NCBI RefSeq assembly: GCF_028641065.1
Contig: NC_073412.1
Coordinates: 7,502,001 to 7,566,000 of the forward strand
Reading direction: 5' to 3'
Source: Leucoraja erinacea
Taxonomy: Eukaryota
DNA length: 64,000 bases
Shown: one piece after another, positions 46,401-57,870 of the stretch
How positions within the stretch are numbered: position 1 is the first letter of the stretch
How the letters are laid out: each line of letters begins with the position of its first letter
Program-made: the position numbers and the translations under genes
Notes under the pieces: model-generated
Seen by the model: the letters and a program-made list of their open reading frames with translations, nothing else
Told to the model about the DNA's origin: nothing
The model's database searches: none

Positions 46401-49400
46401 TCAGCCATGATCGCAATGAATGGCGGTGCTGGCTCGAAGGGCTGAATGGCCTCCTCCTGCACCTATTTTCTCTGTTTCTATGTTTCTATGACTCAAGGAA
46501 TTGCAGATTCTGGTTTACCCATAAAACAGAGTGGGTCAGGCAGCATCATGGGACAACATGGATAGGTGACGTTTAGGGATGGGAGCCTCCTTCAGACTGG
46601 AAAAGAGCTGGGTGTCAGACAAAGCTAGGTGGCTCTTTGTCCTTCCCTCGCCTATTTTCCAGCTTCCTCTCACCTACAACAATCAGTCTGAAGACTGGAA
46701 ATGTCACCTATCCGTGTCCTCCAGAGATGCTGCCTGACCTGCTGAGTTACTCCAGCACTTTGTATTTTTCTTTAATTTTAACTCGTACATCAGGGATCCA
46801 TGGCTATACTTCTGATATCACCTAGAAGTGCGAATACAGTTGCCCAACACAGAAAATAGTACAATTTCAATTCCACCCATGATTTAATAGGACGAAAGAC
46901 TACAAAGTCTGTTGTTGTTGCAAAATACTTTTAAAATCTTATAATTGCTCAATGAGATGTTCCCAGTTGAACATGAGGAGGCTTCACTAATGACATAATG
47001 TTACTCCTATAACAACAATATATACGTGGCATTCTGCAACATCAGCTCAATTGGCTTCATGCCTTGAAGATGCCAGCTGAAAATGGGACAATATCATCAG
47101 GTTTAAACCAAAACTGGAAGTTCCTTTCATAGAAACATAGAAAATAGGTGCAGGTGTAGGCCATTTGGCCCTTCGAGCCTGCACCGCCATTCAATATGAT
47201 CATGGCTGATCATCCAACTCAGTATCCTGTACCTACCTTCTCTTCTCTCCCTTTAGCCACAAGGGCCACATCTAACTCCCTCTTAAATATAGCCAATGAA
47301 CTGGCCTCAACTACTTTCTGTGGCAGAGAATTCCATAGATTCACCACTCTCTGTGTGAAAACAAATTTTCTCATCTCGGTCCTAAAAGACTTCCCCCTTA
47401 TCCTTAAACTGTGACCCCTTGTTCTGGACTTCCCCAACATCGGGAACAATCTTCTTGCATCTAGCCTGTCCAACCCCTGAAGAATTTTGTACGTTTCTAT
47501 AAGATCCCCCCTCAATCTTCTAAATTCCAGCGAGTACAAGCCGAGTCTATCCAGTCTTTCTTCATATGAAAGTCCTGCCATCCCAGGAATCAGTCTGGTG
47601 AACCTTCTCTGTACTCCCTCTATGGCAAGAATGTTTTTCCTCAGATTAGGAGACCAAAACTGTACGCAATATTCCAGGTGTGGTCTCACCAAGGCCCTGT
47701 ATAACTGCAGTAGAACCTCCCTGCTCCTATACTCAAATTCTTTTGCTATGAATGCTAACATACCATTAGCATTATTTCATGTTACTATAGCTTTGTGCTG
47801 TGGTGCTGACTAGCCCGAGTCAAATAGCTCGCCTTCCAGAGATACCCAATGTCACATACATCCCACAACAACTTGTCCAGCAAGTGTAACCAGTCATTGC
47901 CATATCTTTGTGTCAGAAGGGATTGCAAATGCCGGTTTAAACTGAATATTGACAGAAAAAGCTGGAGTGACTCAGCGGGTTAGACAGCATCTCTGGAGAA
48001 AAGGAACAGGTGACATTTCACGTCGAGATGCTTCTTCAGACTTAGAGTCGGGGGAAAGGGGGACGAGAGATATAGACGGCAAATGAATGAAAGATATGCA
48101 AAAAGCAACAATAATCAAGGAAAGGTAGAGCCCACAATGGTCCATTGTTGGCTGTGGGGTAAGTGATAATGTTATACTGACAGGGAAACGCAACAGGACA
48201 ACAATGAAACTAGTACAATGACTAGGGTGGGAAACGGAGGGGGGGGGGGGGATGCGGGAGAGAGAGGAGATGCAAACATCTTCTATATGATGACAGAGAG
48301 GCACAAGAGACTTCAGATGCTGGAATCATTGGCAAAACACAAAGTGCTGGAGGAACTCAGCGGGTCAGGCTGCATCTGTGGAGTGCATGGACAGACGACG
48401 ATTCGGGTGGGGGCCATTCTTCAGACATCTTTATGATGTTACAGATCGATTAGTTTAGTTTAGAGATACAGCGCGGAAACAGGCCCTTCGACCCACCGAG
48501 TCCACGCTGATCAGTGATCCCCGCACATCAACACTATCCTACACCCACTAGGGACAATTTACATTTGCCAAGCCAATTTACCTACATACCTGTACGTCTT
48601 TGGAGTGTGGGAGGAAACCGAAGATCTCGGAGAAAACCCAAGCAGGTTATGGGGAGAACATGCAAACTCCGTACAGACAGCAACCATAGTTAGGATCGAA
48701 CCCGGGTCTCCGGCGCTGCAAGGCAGCAACTCTACCACTGCGCCACCTTGCCGTCCCCGATTGGAAAATGTTTTTCAGTAAGATTTCCCTTCCCAGCCCA
48801 TTTAGGTACCTTTTGCTGCTGCTGTCCCCATCTCTGACGAAGTTCTTGCTATGCTTGTTGATGGCATAGTTTGTCAAGTGCATGCAGATGTCATCCTGTC
48901 ATCAACAAATAAAAATGCTTCATTGATTTGGGAGAACGGCATCACAAGCTCCTTCATTGCATTCATCCCTCACTCACTTTGTAACCCCCCGCCTGACCAT
49001 CCAGTCATCTTCACATCCCACATCTTTGCCATTGGCGACTTGGTCTTTAGACTTTGGAGATAGAGTGTAAACAGGCCCTTTGGCCCACTGGGTTCACACC
49101 GACCAGCAATCCCCTTGTAAACTAACACTATCCTACACACCAGTACAATTTACAGAAGCCAATTAAGCTACAAACCTGTTGTATGTCTTCAGAGTGTGGG
49201 AGGAAACCAGAGCACCTGGAGAAAACCCATGGGGTCACAGGGATAGCGTACAAACCCCATACAGATAGCCCCCGGAGTCAGGATTGAACCCGGATCTCTG
49301 GCGTTGTAAGGCAGCAACTCTGTGCCACTGTACCGCCCCAGGGTCTCCAATTATATTGGTTCCAAACACGTTGTGATCAATTTTGAGCACCATATCTGAG

Positions 49401-52400
49401 AAGCATAAGCTGGCTCTGGAGATTGTCCAGAGGCCGTTTACAAGAATGATCCAGGAATGGGTAGGTTAACATATGATGAGCGTTTCACAGCACTAGGCCT
49501 GTACTCGCTGGAGTTTAGAAGAATGAGGGGGGACCTCAACTTTGAAGAACTTCTCTTCCTTTCTGGTTTCTGACCAGAAATGTCATCTATCCATGTTCAC
49601 CAGGCATGCTGCCTGACCCGCTGAACTACTCCGGTACTCTGTTGTCTTTAATAAACCAGCATCTGCAGTTCCTTGTTTCTATCCTTAGAGATTGCCTGAT
49701 GGTTGTTGTGTTGGTATTTGTGAGAGGCAACAATGTTCTTTGCTTGCCACATACTCTACTTAAAAGCAATGATAAGTATCCCATTGCCTATAAAATGGAA
49801 GGCCTGAGAAGATTAAGGATTTTTTTATTCCCTCTGCAATGACAGTTTACTGTAACAAAAGTCATCATAAAGATGTATTTTAAAGAACTTAAGCTTTGAT
49901 GTAATACAATATTGTACAAGTAGAAATCAAAAGTTACCAAGTTGCTGTTGGAGGGCTCATTGTACTTGCTTGTTGCAAACCTTGCCAGGCCTTCATTATA
50001 AATATAAATCCGAAAGGGATCACAGGATGTCACCAAGACGTAAACACGGAGATCAAATTTGAAACCATCTATGAGGAAAGGCTGTGAAAGGAACAATGAT
50101 TACATTGTCAAACAGGTTCTAATGGAGTGTATCAAATATCAATCACCTTCACAGCAAATAACTTGCTCAGTTTAGAGATATGGCATGCCCTTCGACCCAC
50201 CGAGTCCATGCTGACCATCGATCTCCCATTCACACTAGTTTGCCCAACGCATCACCGGTTCCTCACTCCCCTCCATTGAGTCTGTCCAGAGCAAGCGATG
50301 TCTGTGAAGAGCGCGCAGCATCGTCAAGGACTGCTCTCACCCCAGCCACAGTCTGTTTATCCTCCTCCCATCCGGGAGGCACCACAGGTCTCTCCGTTGC
50401 CGGACCAGCAGGTTCAGGAACAGCTTCTTCCCTGCGGCTGCTACATTACTTAACTCTGTACCTTGGTGATTGCCAGTCACCCCCCCCCCCCCCCCGGACA
50501 CTCCACAGAGAGAACGTACGAACTACGCACAGACAGCACCCATAGTCGGGGTCGAACCCGGGTGTCCGACGCTGCAAGCACTGTAAGGCAGCAACTCCAC
50601 TACTGAGCCACCGTGGCTGCCCGTGAGGTTGGACAGATGACTAGGTTTGGATGTGATGATTAACAGCGAGGAATTGACTATCAGAGAGGAATTGCCTCTT
50701 TGGTCCAGGCCCACGTTGAATGACTAGTGACCGGTTCAGACACTGAGAGTGCTGCCTTCACCCTCAAGGAAAGGAAAGTGGAAGGAACAGGAGTGCTCCA
50801 ATACCTTGGAGATGTACTGTTGGCAGATCAGTCGGTCCCCGTGTTTAATCTCCTTTAGGTTTCTGGTGATGAAGATTCCTCGGCCCTGACACCCGCAGTC
50901 TGGTTTACAGATGTACGTCTTTGGTTTCTTCATCCTGCTGTAGGCTTGAAAATCACCAAAGCTGCGCAGAGTACAATAGAATATTGAGATCACGAGATGA
51001 ATGTCAAAATATAAATAAGAATTAGGTCTAACTGGAAGATACAAGCACCAATTCAATCAGACATAGTCTTTCAAACAGTGACCAAATCCCACAAAGCTAA
51101 TTTTGCACAAATTCCACCCAGTTACCAGACACCCCTAACAATACTGGATACAGAGTGCTGGACTAACTCAGTGGATCAGGCAGCATAGGAACATAGAACA
51201 TAGGTGCAGGAGTAGGCCATTCAACCCTTCGAGCCTGCACCGCCATTCAATATGATCATGGCTGATCATCCAACTCAGTATCCTTGTACCTGCCTGTACC
51301 AGCATCTCTGGAGGACATGGATGGGTGACATTTCGGGACAGGAACTTTTTCAGACAGTCTGAAGAAGGGTCCTGGTTCGAAAAGTAACTATCCATGTTCT
51401 TCAGAGATGCTGCCAGACCTGCTGAGTTACTCCAGCACTTTGCGTCCTATCATGTAAACCAGCATCTGCAGTTCCTTGTTTCCATACCTTAACAAGATAA
51501 CATTGTCCCCAAAAATTCCCAAGCTAAGATTGACCATTGATGAGCTGGAACTGCTCAAATAGGAGGTCAATATTCCTCAAATAATAATACCAATGAACTA
51601 TAGTTTAAGTGGTCACTGCCTGTGGGGCCTTCTGGAGCACTCACCCAAATAACAAAGGTGAATGTGCCTCCCATGCACTGTTGTCTGTGAGGAGCTGTGT
51701 GATTCCAGAGAAATGTGATGAGACTCCAGGTAAAAATACAAGCCCTTTCTTTAATGAAACAACCACAGCGCGTTTTATTTTCGCACTGTGCCCACACTTA
51801 ATTTTAAGAGCACTCACTCGGCAGGTAAACACCATGTGCGGGGGAAGATGTTATATTCCTTTGGGAAGAGTTTCAGCATCCTGTTCAAATTCCGGGCCAA
51901 TAGGTCCTTCCTGCAAATCTCGCTCATTCCTGGAAAGTGGTTAATTTTCTGCAAAGATTAAAACATTAGAAAGGAAACGATCAAAGACTGTGCCCACCAC
52001 GTAACACGGAATGAAAACATGAGAGAAATTCAGAGCTGGAAAGACTGGGAAGAAATCAGCTACGATCTGAGCTAATGGTGGCGCAGCGGTAGAGTTGCTG
52101 CCTTACAGCGCTGGAGACCCGGGTTCGATCCCGACTACGGTTGCTGTCATGTGATTTCTCCGAGGTCTTCGGCTTCCTCCCTCACTCCAAAGACATGCAG
52201 GTTTGTACATTAATTGGCTTGGGTGTAAACGTAAAATTGTTCCTAGAGTGTGTAGGGTAGTGTTAATGTTTGGGGATCGCTGGTTGGTGCAGACTCTGGG
52301 CCTGTTTCCGCACTCTATCTCTAAACTAAACTATCTGAGCCCAGACCATCATCTAGTTTTAATTCTCTGAACAAAGATCAAGGGGAAGGTGGAGACAGAC

Positions 52401-55400
52401 TTAGGGGCACGAGGCTTCAGTTCTGTGGTGTGTTTACACCACTTTAGGCTTTAGAGATACAGCGTGGAAACTGGCCCTTCGGCCCACCGAATGCGCACTG
52501 ACCAATTATCACCCTGTATACTAGCACTACCGTAGGGACAATTTAGAATTTATAGAAGCCAATTAACAAACCTGTATATCTTTGGAAAGTGGGAGGAAAT
52601 CGGAGCACCCAGAGGAAATCCACGCGGTCACAGGGAGAACGTACAAACTCTGCACAGACAGCACCCGTAACCAGGATCGAACCCGGGTCCCTGCCATTGT
52701 AAAGCAGCAACTCTACCGCTGCGACACTATGCCTCCCACTCATCTGAAGATTATTATTTCAGCCCTGACCTGAAAACGCTTCATTTCCATGACCTTTTCA
52801 TGAGACACGGACGTGTCCGTCCAGTACAATATCCACTCTTCATCATCGCCAACCTCCTTCAATCCATAGCGGCGAGTTGCACGGCGGACTAGAACACAGG
52901 GTAGAGACATAGACTATCGTCATAAGGTAGAGACAGGGAGGCAGTGGTAACTGTGAAAAGACACAAAGTTGGAAAGAGAGGATTAGGAAAAGACAAGGTG
53001 CAATTAAAGACAAAGGATAAATAAAATATTCAGAAGAGTGAAACATAAAGAAAAGGAGATAAGGAGACAAAATATTCTTGAAACTATCTATAAATTAGCT
53101 TAATAATTTTGCATTGTAAGCATGTCATTATTACAATTGCTAAGTAGATTAAATGATCAAAACAGAGCACGGATCAAATCCTGGATAGTTAGAAATTGGA
53201 CAAATCTGCATTGAAGATAGACACTAGGTGCTGGAGTAACTCAGCAGGTCAGGCAGCATCTCTGGTGAAAAGGAATAGGTGACGTTTCAGGTCAAAACAC
53301 TTCTTCAGACACTCCGACCCGAAAAATCACCTAGTCCTTTTCTCCAGAGATGCTGCCTGACCTGCTGAGTTACTCCAGCACTTTGTGCCTTTGTTTGTAA
53401 ACCAGAAATCCGCACTTCCTTGTTTCTATTAGGAGAATTCTATTGTATGTTTCTTTATCTGATCATCATCTACGGGTTAATGAAGGAATTGGGAATTAAT
53501 GAGAGTTGATACATAGATACATAGAAAATAGGTGCAGGAGTAGGCCATTCGGCCCTTCGAGCCTGCACTGCCATTCAATATGATCATGGCTGATCATCCA
53601 ACTCAGTATCCCGTACCTGCCTTCTCTCCATACCCCCTGATCCCTTTAGCCACAAGGGCCACATCTAACTCCCTCTTAAATATAGCCAATGAACTGGTCT
53701 CATCTCCCCTCTGTGGCAGAGAGTTCCAGAGATTCACCACTCTCTGTGTGAAAAATGTTTTTCTCATCTCGGTCTTAAAGGATTTCCCCCTTATCCTTAA
53801 GCTGTGACCCCTTGTCCTGGACTTCCCCAACATCGGGAACAATCTTCCTGCATCTAGCCTGTCCAACCCCTTAATTTTCTGCCAGACAGTCTCTGCGTCT
53901 GGACATCAGCAACACACAATGAGCAGGGATCACAAAATGGCCCAAAGTTGAAAAAACATAAGCAACACGCACCATCCAAGCTCACGTACAGTTAATCACA
54001 CAAGACACAAGAGAAGGGCTTGATACCAGAGGAATTCCACCCAAAATACCACCTCGGGAGTGTGAATAAAACTGGAGGATAAAAATCATGCCTGAGTGAG
54101 TCTTCCCTACTCACTAATCCCGTAATTACATTAGAACTTACCACTTTCATACTTGCAGTTGATTAGGTTCACTCCGATACACCTGCAAAATGAGAAGGAA
54201 TAATGATTTCAATAATATTAACCACAGGACCCTGAGATACACTGCAATGGAGTGGCCGCAGGGTAGACACATTGGTGTAGTGTTTAGTTTTAGTTTACAT
54301 ATATGCAGCATGGAAACAGGTCCTTTGGCTCACAGAGTCCACACCGACCCTTGCTCACCCGTTCACACTAATTCTATGTTATCCCACTTTCCCACCTGCA
54401 ACTTTCTTGTATGTATGACTGCAGAAACAACATTTCACTTGAGCCTCTATGAGGTTCAAGTGACAAATAAATTGTATTGTATTGTAAAAAAAAATAAAAT
54501 AAAATAAAAACCCACGGAGCAATTCACAGAGGTCAATTAACCTACAAACCCGCGTGTCTTTGTGATAGAAACATAGAAACATAGAAATTAGGTGCTGGAG
54601 TAGGCCATTCGGCCCTTCGAGCCTGCACCGCCATTTAATATGATCATGGCTGATCATCCAACTCAGTATCCCGTACCTGCCTTCTCTCCATACCCTCTGA
54701 TCCCCTTGGCCACAAGGGCCACATCTAACTCCCTCTTAAATATAGCCAATGAACTGGCCTCAACTACCCTCTGTGGCAGAGAGTTCCAGAGATTCACCAC
54801 TCTCTGTGTGAAAAAAGTTCTCCTCATCTCGGTTTTAAAGGATTTCCCCCTTATCCTTAAGCTGTGACCCCTTTTCCTGGACTTCCCCAACATCGGGAAC
54901 AATCTTCCTGCATCTAGCCTGTCCAACCCCTTAAGAATTTTGTAAGTTTCTATAAGATCCCCTCTCAATCTCCTAAACTCTAGAGAGTATAAACCAAGTC
55001 TATCCAGTCTTTCTTCATAAGACAGTCCTGACATCCCAGGAATCAGTCTGGTGAACCTTCTCTGCACTCCCTCTATGGCAATAATGTCCATCCTCAGATT
55101 TGGAGACCAAAACAGCACGCAATACTCCAGGTGTGGTCTCACCAAGACCCTATACAACTGCAGTAGAACCTCCCTGCTCCTATACTCAAATCCTCTTGCT
55201 ATGAAAGCCAACATGCCATTCGCTTTCTTTACTGCCTGCTGCACCTGCATGCCTACCTTCGAATGACTGGTGTACCATGACACCCAGGTCTCGCTGCATC
55301 TCCCCCTTTCCCAATCGGCCACCGTTTAGATAATAATCTGCTTTCCCGTTTTTGCCACCAAAATGGATAATGGTGTGGGAGGAAACCAGAGCACCTGGCG

Positions 55401-56490
55401 AAAACCCACGCGGTCACAGGGAAAACTCCACACAAACTCCGCACAGACAGCACCCGAGGTCAGGTTCGAACCCGGGTCTCTGGCGCTGTGAGGCAGTGAC
55501 TCTACCATGAATCATTCCGGGATTCATTATCCCTGGGATACAACGCCCAGTGTGTGTAGTGCACCCGAGTTTCAGTGGTTGCTGTGAGGGAGGACCACTG
55601 ACATGGAGTGATCCATGTGGCGGTCACAGAGGCGCAAGGGCAGTCATGGTGGCACAGCAGTAGAGTTGCTGCCTTACAGCGATTGCAGCAATGGAGACCC
55701 GGGTTCGATCCCACCTACAGGTGCTGTCTGTACGGAGTTTGCACATTCTCCCCGTGACCTGCATGGGTTTTCACCGAGATCTTCGTTTTCCTCCCACACT
55801 CCAAAGACATGCTGGTTTGTAGGTTAATTGGCTTGGTAAATGTAAAAATTGTCCCTAAAGGTTGTAGGATAGTGTTAATGTGCGGGGATCGCTGGTCGGC
55901 GCGGACCCAGTGGGCTGAAGGGCCTGTTTCCGCGCTGTATCGATAAACTAAACAAAAAAAATGTGAGGGGTGTTTTACTAATCAGTGTGCATGAGAGAGA
56001 CCCCGTGTTGTGCTGGTCAGTGTGTGTATGGAGGCCCTATGATGTACTGGTCAATGAGGGAACACACACAAATGTAATTATTCATTCAAGGTGGATGATG
56101 AATTGTCAATGTGTAGGATCAGTGTGGCAAATGATTTGCAAACCACATTGGGAAAAGTACATATATTAGGTGAATGTATCACACACGTCTGTACCTTCTC
56201 CTCCTCCTCTTTTTCTTCTTGGCTGGCTCCTCTTTAATGATGGTCTTCTCTTTGCCTCTCTGTCTGAGTGCATGGAGTTGCTGCTTGTAAAGTGTGTCTT
56301 GCTCCTCCAGCTCCTTCTGCGGCTTGACGCAAGGCGGCAACTCTCGGCTTGTCACGTTTCTGGCCTCCACATTCCCTTTGTTTGGAATTGATTCAGATTC
56401 ATCCTCCGAGTCCTCACTCTCTTCCTCATTCTCTGCTTCCTCCTCAGCCGATTCCCCCTCAGAATCATTCCTGCCTTTGGGTGCATTCAT
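19260..56490 (-). CDS. TTLL13: tubulin polyglutamylase TTLL13 (TTLL6/13 subfamily), 15 coding exons, ~899 aa (992 aa if four candidate exons are included)
   Basis: TTL-domain motifs KINHFPGMSEICRKD, KPDCGCQGRGI, QQYISKPFLIDGFKFDLRVY, HLTNYAINK, FEILGFD, WLLEVNHSPS; exon chain sums to 2700 nt with consistent phases; TTLL13 preferred over TTLL6 because of adjacency to NGRN and GDPGP1. Confidence 0.9.
19520..20166 (+). mobile_element. CR1/HER1-like LINE 3' fragment
   Basis: LYRVLVRPHLEYCVQIWSP...LEFRRLRG; frameshifted; TTTCTATG tail. Confidence 0.92.
21441..21675 (-). CDS. TTLL13: TTLL13 predicted coding exon 14
   Basis: TTCTGCACAG acceptor (phase 1), open frame DTSLLQSKD...FQSDIS, CAG/GTAAAT donor. 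Confidence 0.68.
22311..22702. mobile_element. MITE with TIR AGGGTATGTCCCACTTT
   Basis: Long inverted arms; TA/TTAA flanks on both sides. Confidence 0.85.
22920..23420 (-). mobile_element. CR1/HER1-like LINE 3' fragment
   Basis: ORF2 C-terminus and tail nearly identical to the 1971-2390 and 54564-55370 copies. Confidence 0.92.
24292..24676 (-). CDS. TTLL13: TTLL13 predicted coding exon 13
   Basis: TATTTCAG acceptor (phase 0); SVIYPSTYRH...PRSVSAKLIP; CCG/GTGAGA donor. Confidence 0.72.
24815..25056. mobile_element. palindromic MITE, same family as 17933-18160
   Basis: TIR TGCCCCTGTCCCACTT..GAAACCTGAACGGAA. Confidence 0.85.
26315..27365. mobile_element. two CR1 3' fragments in inverted orientation (26315-26600 plus; 26987-27365 minus)
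   Basis: Both match the CR1 tail seen elsewhere in the window. Confidence 0.8.
27548..27742 (-). CDS. TTLL13: TTLL13 coding exon 12
   Basis: EAMDIMKPLDIIYEEELQRLSGLLQRENLLRALGVIEQVYRVL; TTTTTACAG acceptor, GTGAGT donor; 195 nt. Confidence 0.85.
28197..28825 (+). mobile_element. Rex1/Babar-like LINE 3' fragment(s)
   Basis: ERNRLQKVVNTAQSIIGSDLPSIEGIY...IIKDPHHP; (AACTTG)n tail. Confidence 0.72.
30544..30868 (-). mobile_element. tRNA-derived SINE distinct from HE1, with L2-type tail
   Basis: A-box TGGCGCAAAGG, B-box GGTTCGAATCC, GTGTCCTTGGGCAAGACACTT core, tail GTAAAGCACCTTGAG...GGTGCTATATAAAT. Confidence 0.8.
31326..31497. mobile_element. palindromic PLE-derived mini-insertion with 16-bp TSD
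   Basis: 83-bp perfect inverted arms (31330-31412, 31415-31497); direct repeat GTGACCACAAATCTCC at 31310-31325 and 31496-31511. Confidence 0.85.
31701..35320 (-). CDS. candidate additional TTLL13 exons 35209-35320, 33101-33209, 31807-31829, 31701-31735
   Basis: Each has AG/GT ends; phases chain 0-1-2-1-0; 279 nt with no stop; no homology support. Confidence 0.45.
32051..32078 (-). ncRNA. minimal hammerhead ribozyme core
   Basis: CTGAAGA-A-GGGTCTCGACCC-GAAACGTC. Confidence 0.7.
33851..34462. mobile_element. MITE (TIR TAGCCCTGTCCCAC.GTACGAGTTCATTC) with nested Rex1/Babar 3' fragment at 33971-34258
   Basis: Matching inverted termini; interior encodes HGLFNLLPSGRRYRSLRCRTSRSRNSFFPAAVTLLN plus a (GAATCT)n tail. 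Confidence 0.8.
37905..38235 (+). mobile_element. Penelope-like element 3' remnant
   Basis: EQHLILCLGSGMNIDISNF-like end, UTR and terminal module CTGAAGAAGGGTCCCGACCTGAAACATC. Confidence 0.7.
39806..39974 (-). CDS. TTLL13: TTLL13 coding exon 11
   Basis: HQLEEIRQKNEPKE...LHGESGAE...TLKKE; phase 2/0. Confidence 0.85.
41690..41878 (-). CDS. TTLL13: TTLL13 coding exon 10
   Basis: REQYENYQSAWLQQVEKYEKEHLGAFHLIYP...SLFQETVASRAREECA; 189 nt. Confidence 0.92.
43514..43827 (+). mobile_element. hAT-like MITE with 8-bp TSD
   Basis: TSD TGCAAGCG at 43506-43513 and 43828-43835; terminus TAGGGGTGGAA. Confidence 0.8.
43887..44068 (-). CDS. TTLL13: TTLL13 coding exon 9
   Basis: VNHSPSFTTDSRLDREVKDNLLYDT... 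Confidence 0.95.
44419..44611 (+). repeat. 53-bp tandem array of hammerhead-core modules
   Basis: CAGTCTGAAGAAG begins at 44465, 44518 and 44571, plus a partial unit from ~44419. Confidence 0.8.
44612..44848 (-). mobile_element. hAT-like MITE, inverted relative of 43514-43827
   Basis: TSD TCTCCAGG at 44604-44611 and 44849-44856; shared internal CGCGCGTGTGTGAGTGTGC.CATG motif. Confidence 0.8.
45763..45988 (-). CDS. TTLL13: TTLL13 coding exon 8
   Basis: KLSSLNKWL...CFEILGFDILMDRNLKPWLLE. Confidence 0.96.
46045..46490 (+). mobile_element. CR1-like LINE 3' fragment
   Basis: Degenerate ORF2 end and TTTCTATG tail. Confidence 0.85.
47128..47770 (-). mobile_element. CR1/HER1-like LINE 3' fragment
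   Basis: 180-aa ORF2 C-terminus LYRALVRPHLEYCVQFWSP...RVVNLWNSLP. Confidence 0.93.
48450..48753 (-). mobile_element. HE1-like SINE
   Basis: Near full-length, with tRNA head and (CTAAA)n tail. Confidence 0.85.
48810..48895 (-). CDS. TTLL13: TTLL13 coding exon 7
   Basis: DDICMHLTNYAINKHSKNFVRDGDSSSK. Confidence 0.95.
49938..50081 (-). CDS. TTLL13: TTLL13 coding exon 6
   Basis: PFLIDGFKFDLRVYVLVTSCDPFRIYIYNEGLARFAT. Confidence 0.96.
50805..50961 (-). CDS. TTLL13: TTLL13 coding exon 5
   Basis: FGDFQAYSRMKKPKTYICKPDCGCQGRGIFIT...QQYISK. Confidence 0.96.
51818..51948 (-). CDS. TTLL13: TTLL13 coding exon 4
   Basis: KINHFPGMSEICRKDLLARNLNRMLKLFPKEYNIFPRTWCLPA. Confidence 0.96.
52075..52735. mobile_element. 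two HE1-like SINEs tail-to-tail (52075-52333 plus; 52445-52735 minus)
   Basis: Both match the SINE seen elsewhere in the window. Confidence 0.8.
52770..52888 (-). CDS. TTLL13: TTLL13 coding exon 3
   Basis: VRRATRRYGLKEVGDDEEWILYWTDTSVSHEKVMEMKRFQ. Confidence 0.95.
53511..53873 (-). mobile_element. CR1/HER1-like LINE 3' fragment
   Basis: ORF2 end and tail. Confidence 0.9.
54142..54182 (-). CDS. TTLL13: TTLL13 coding exon 2
   Basis: 41 nt CIGVNLINCKYES; TTTTGCAG / GTAAGT. Confidence 0.92.
54564..55370 (-). mobile_element. CR1/HER1-like LINE 3' fragment nested in an HE1-like SINE
   Basis: 219-aa ORF ...KKANGMLAFIARGFEYRSREVLLQLYRVLVRPHLEYC...; SINE halves on both sides. Confidence 0.93.
55638..55955 (+). 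mobile_element. HE1-like SINE
   Basis: Near full-length; B-box GGTTCGATCCC. Confidence 0.85.
56195..56490 (-). CDS. TTLL13: TTLL13 first coding exon
   Basis: Acceptor CTTACAG one base before the ATG; acidic tract then KKKKRRRRR; phase-2 donor fits the next exon. Confidence 0.85.
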
Positions 56491-57293
56491 TCTGTAAGAT
56501 GTTGTGACTTTATATAAGAGAAAAAGAATTACAGGAAAAAAAAAATGGCAAAAGGCTAAGAGCTGGAGGAACCCAGCAGGTGAGGCAGCATCTGTGGGAA
56601 GAACAGACAGACGACGTTTCAAGTCGGGACTTTTCTTCAGACAGGATAAGAAAGAATACCAGTCATATAATACAGAAAATATATTTTGCCATAATATTTA
56701 GTCAGGCAGCATCTGTGGAGGGAAAGAACAGATTACATTTTGAGTAAGGTCCCTTCTGGAGACTAGGTAGACACTCTACACAACCCCCTACTTCAGCAGA
56801 CTTAAGGGTCCCAACACAAAACAACATTGTGTTAACCCCTCCACAGATGCTTCCTGACCTGCTGAGTTCCTCCAGCACTGGGTGTTATGCTCAAGATTCC
56901 AGCGTCTATCGTTTCTTGTGTCCCCTGTTTATGTAAGCATTCCCTGACTCAAGTTACTCAGCATGGACTAACTGGGTAGGGATCACATTGAGTTTGAAGT
57001 GTCAGCCCTGTAACTTCAGCTCTCATTTAGTAACCCCATGCCATCATTCACCATCAGGCCTCACATACAAAATGTTCTTCACTCGGGTAAGCCATCAAAT
57101 AGTCCAATTAGTCTGATAGTCCAAATGATAACACGGAAATGAAGGGCACCGAATTACCACGATCAATGGTGGCCATCTTACATGTTCATTCATTTACAAT
57201 AGTGACAGCTTGTAGTACAGTATACTACAGGGCAGTAGAAATAAATACTAACACCTGTGTACTGAACCTGTGCTCTTGTAATTGCCATTTCTG

Positions 57294-57870
57294 GTAGACA
57301 AAAATGCTGGACAAAATCTCAGCAGGTGAGGCAGCATCTATGGAGCGAAGGAAATAGGCAACGTTTCGGGTCGAAACCCTTCTTCAGACTGATGTGAGGG
57401 TGGGGCGGGAAGAAGAAAGGAGCAAGATGGCTGAGGGAGAGCTAAGAAGGGGAGGAGAAAGTAGGGAAGTCAATGTTCCTCTAACCTAAAATTAGAGAAG
57501 TCAATGTTCATACCACTGGTGTGCAAACTGCCCAAGCGAAATATGAAGTGCTGCTCCTCCACTTTACGGTGGTCCTCACTCTGGCCATGGAGGATGCCCA
57601 GGACAGGAAGGTCGGTTTCAGAATGGGAGAGGGAGTTGAAGTGCTGAGCCACCAGGAGATCAGGTTGGTTATTGGTCTCACCGATGTAGAGCAGCTAGCA
57701 TCTAGAGCAGCGGATGCAATAGATGAGGTTGGAGGAGGTGCAGGTGAACCTCTGCCACACCTGGAACGACTGCTTGGGTCCTTGAATGGAGTCAAGGGGG
57801 GGAAGGTAAAGCGAAGTGTAGCATTTCCTGTGATTGCAAGGGAAAGTGCCCGGAGAGGGGGTAGTATGGG
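57294..57870 (-). mobile_element. Penelope-like element remnant: GIY-YIG endonuclease pseudo-ORF plus terminal module with intact hammerhead core (57360-57387)
   Basis: FTCTSSNLIYCIRCSRC*LLYIGET (GIY-YIG signature) ... AQHFNS...EEQHFIFRLGSLHTSGMNIDF; downstream CTGAAGA-A-GGGT-TTCG-ACCC-GAAACGTT. Confidence 0.88.

Noticed and set aside
52075-52140. tRNA-like sequences with A/B boxes
   Set aside because: Heads of HE1-like SINEs continuing into SINE body and LINE-like tail; not tRNA genes.
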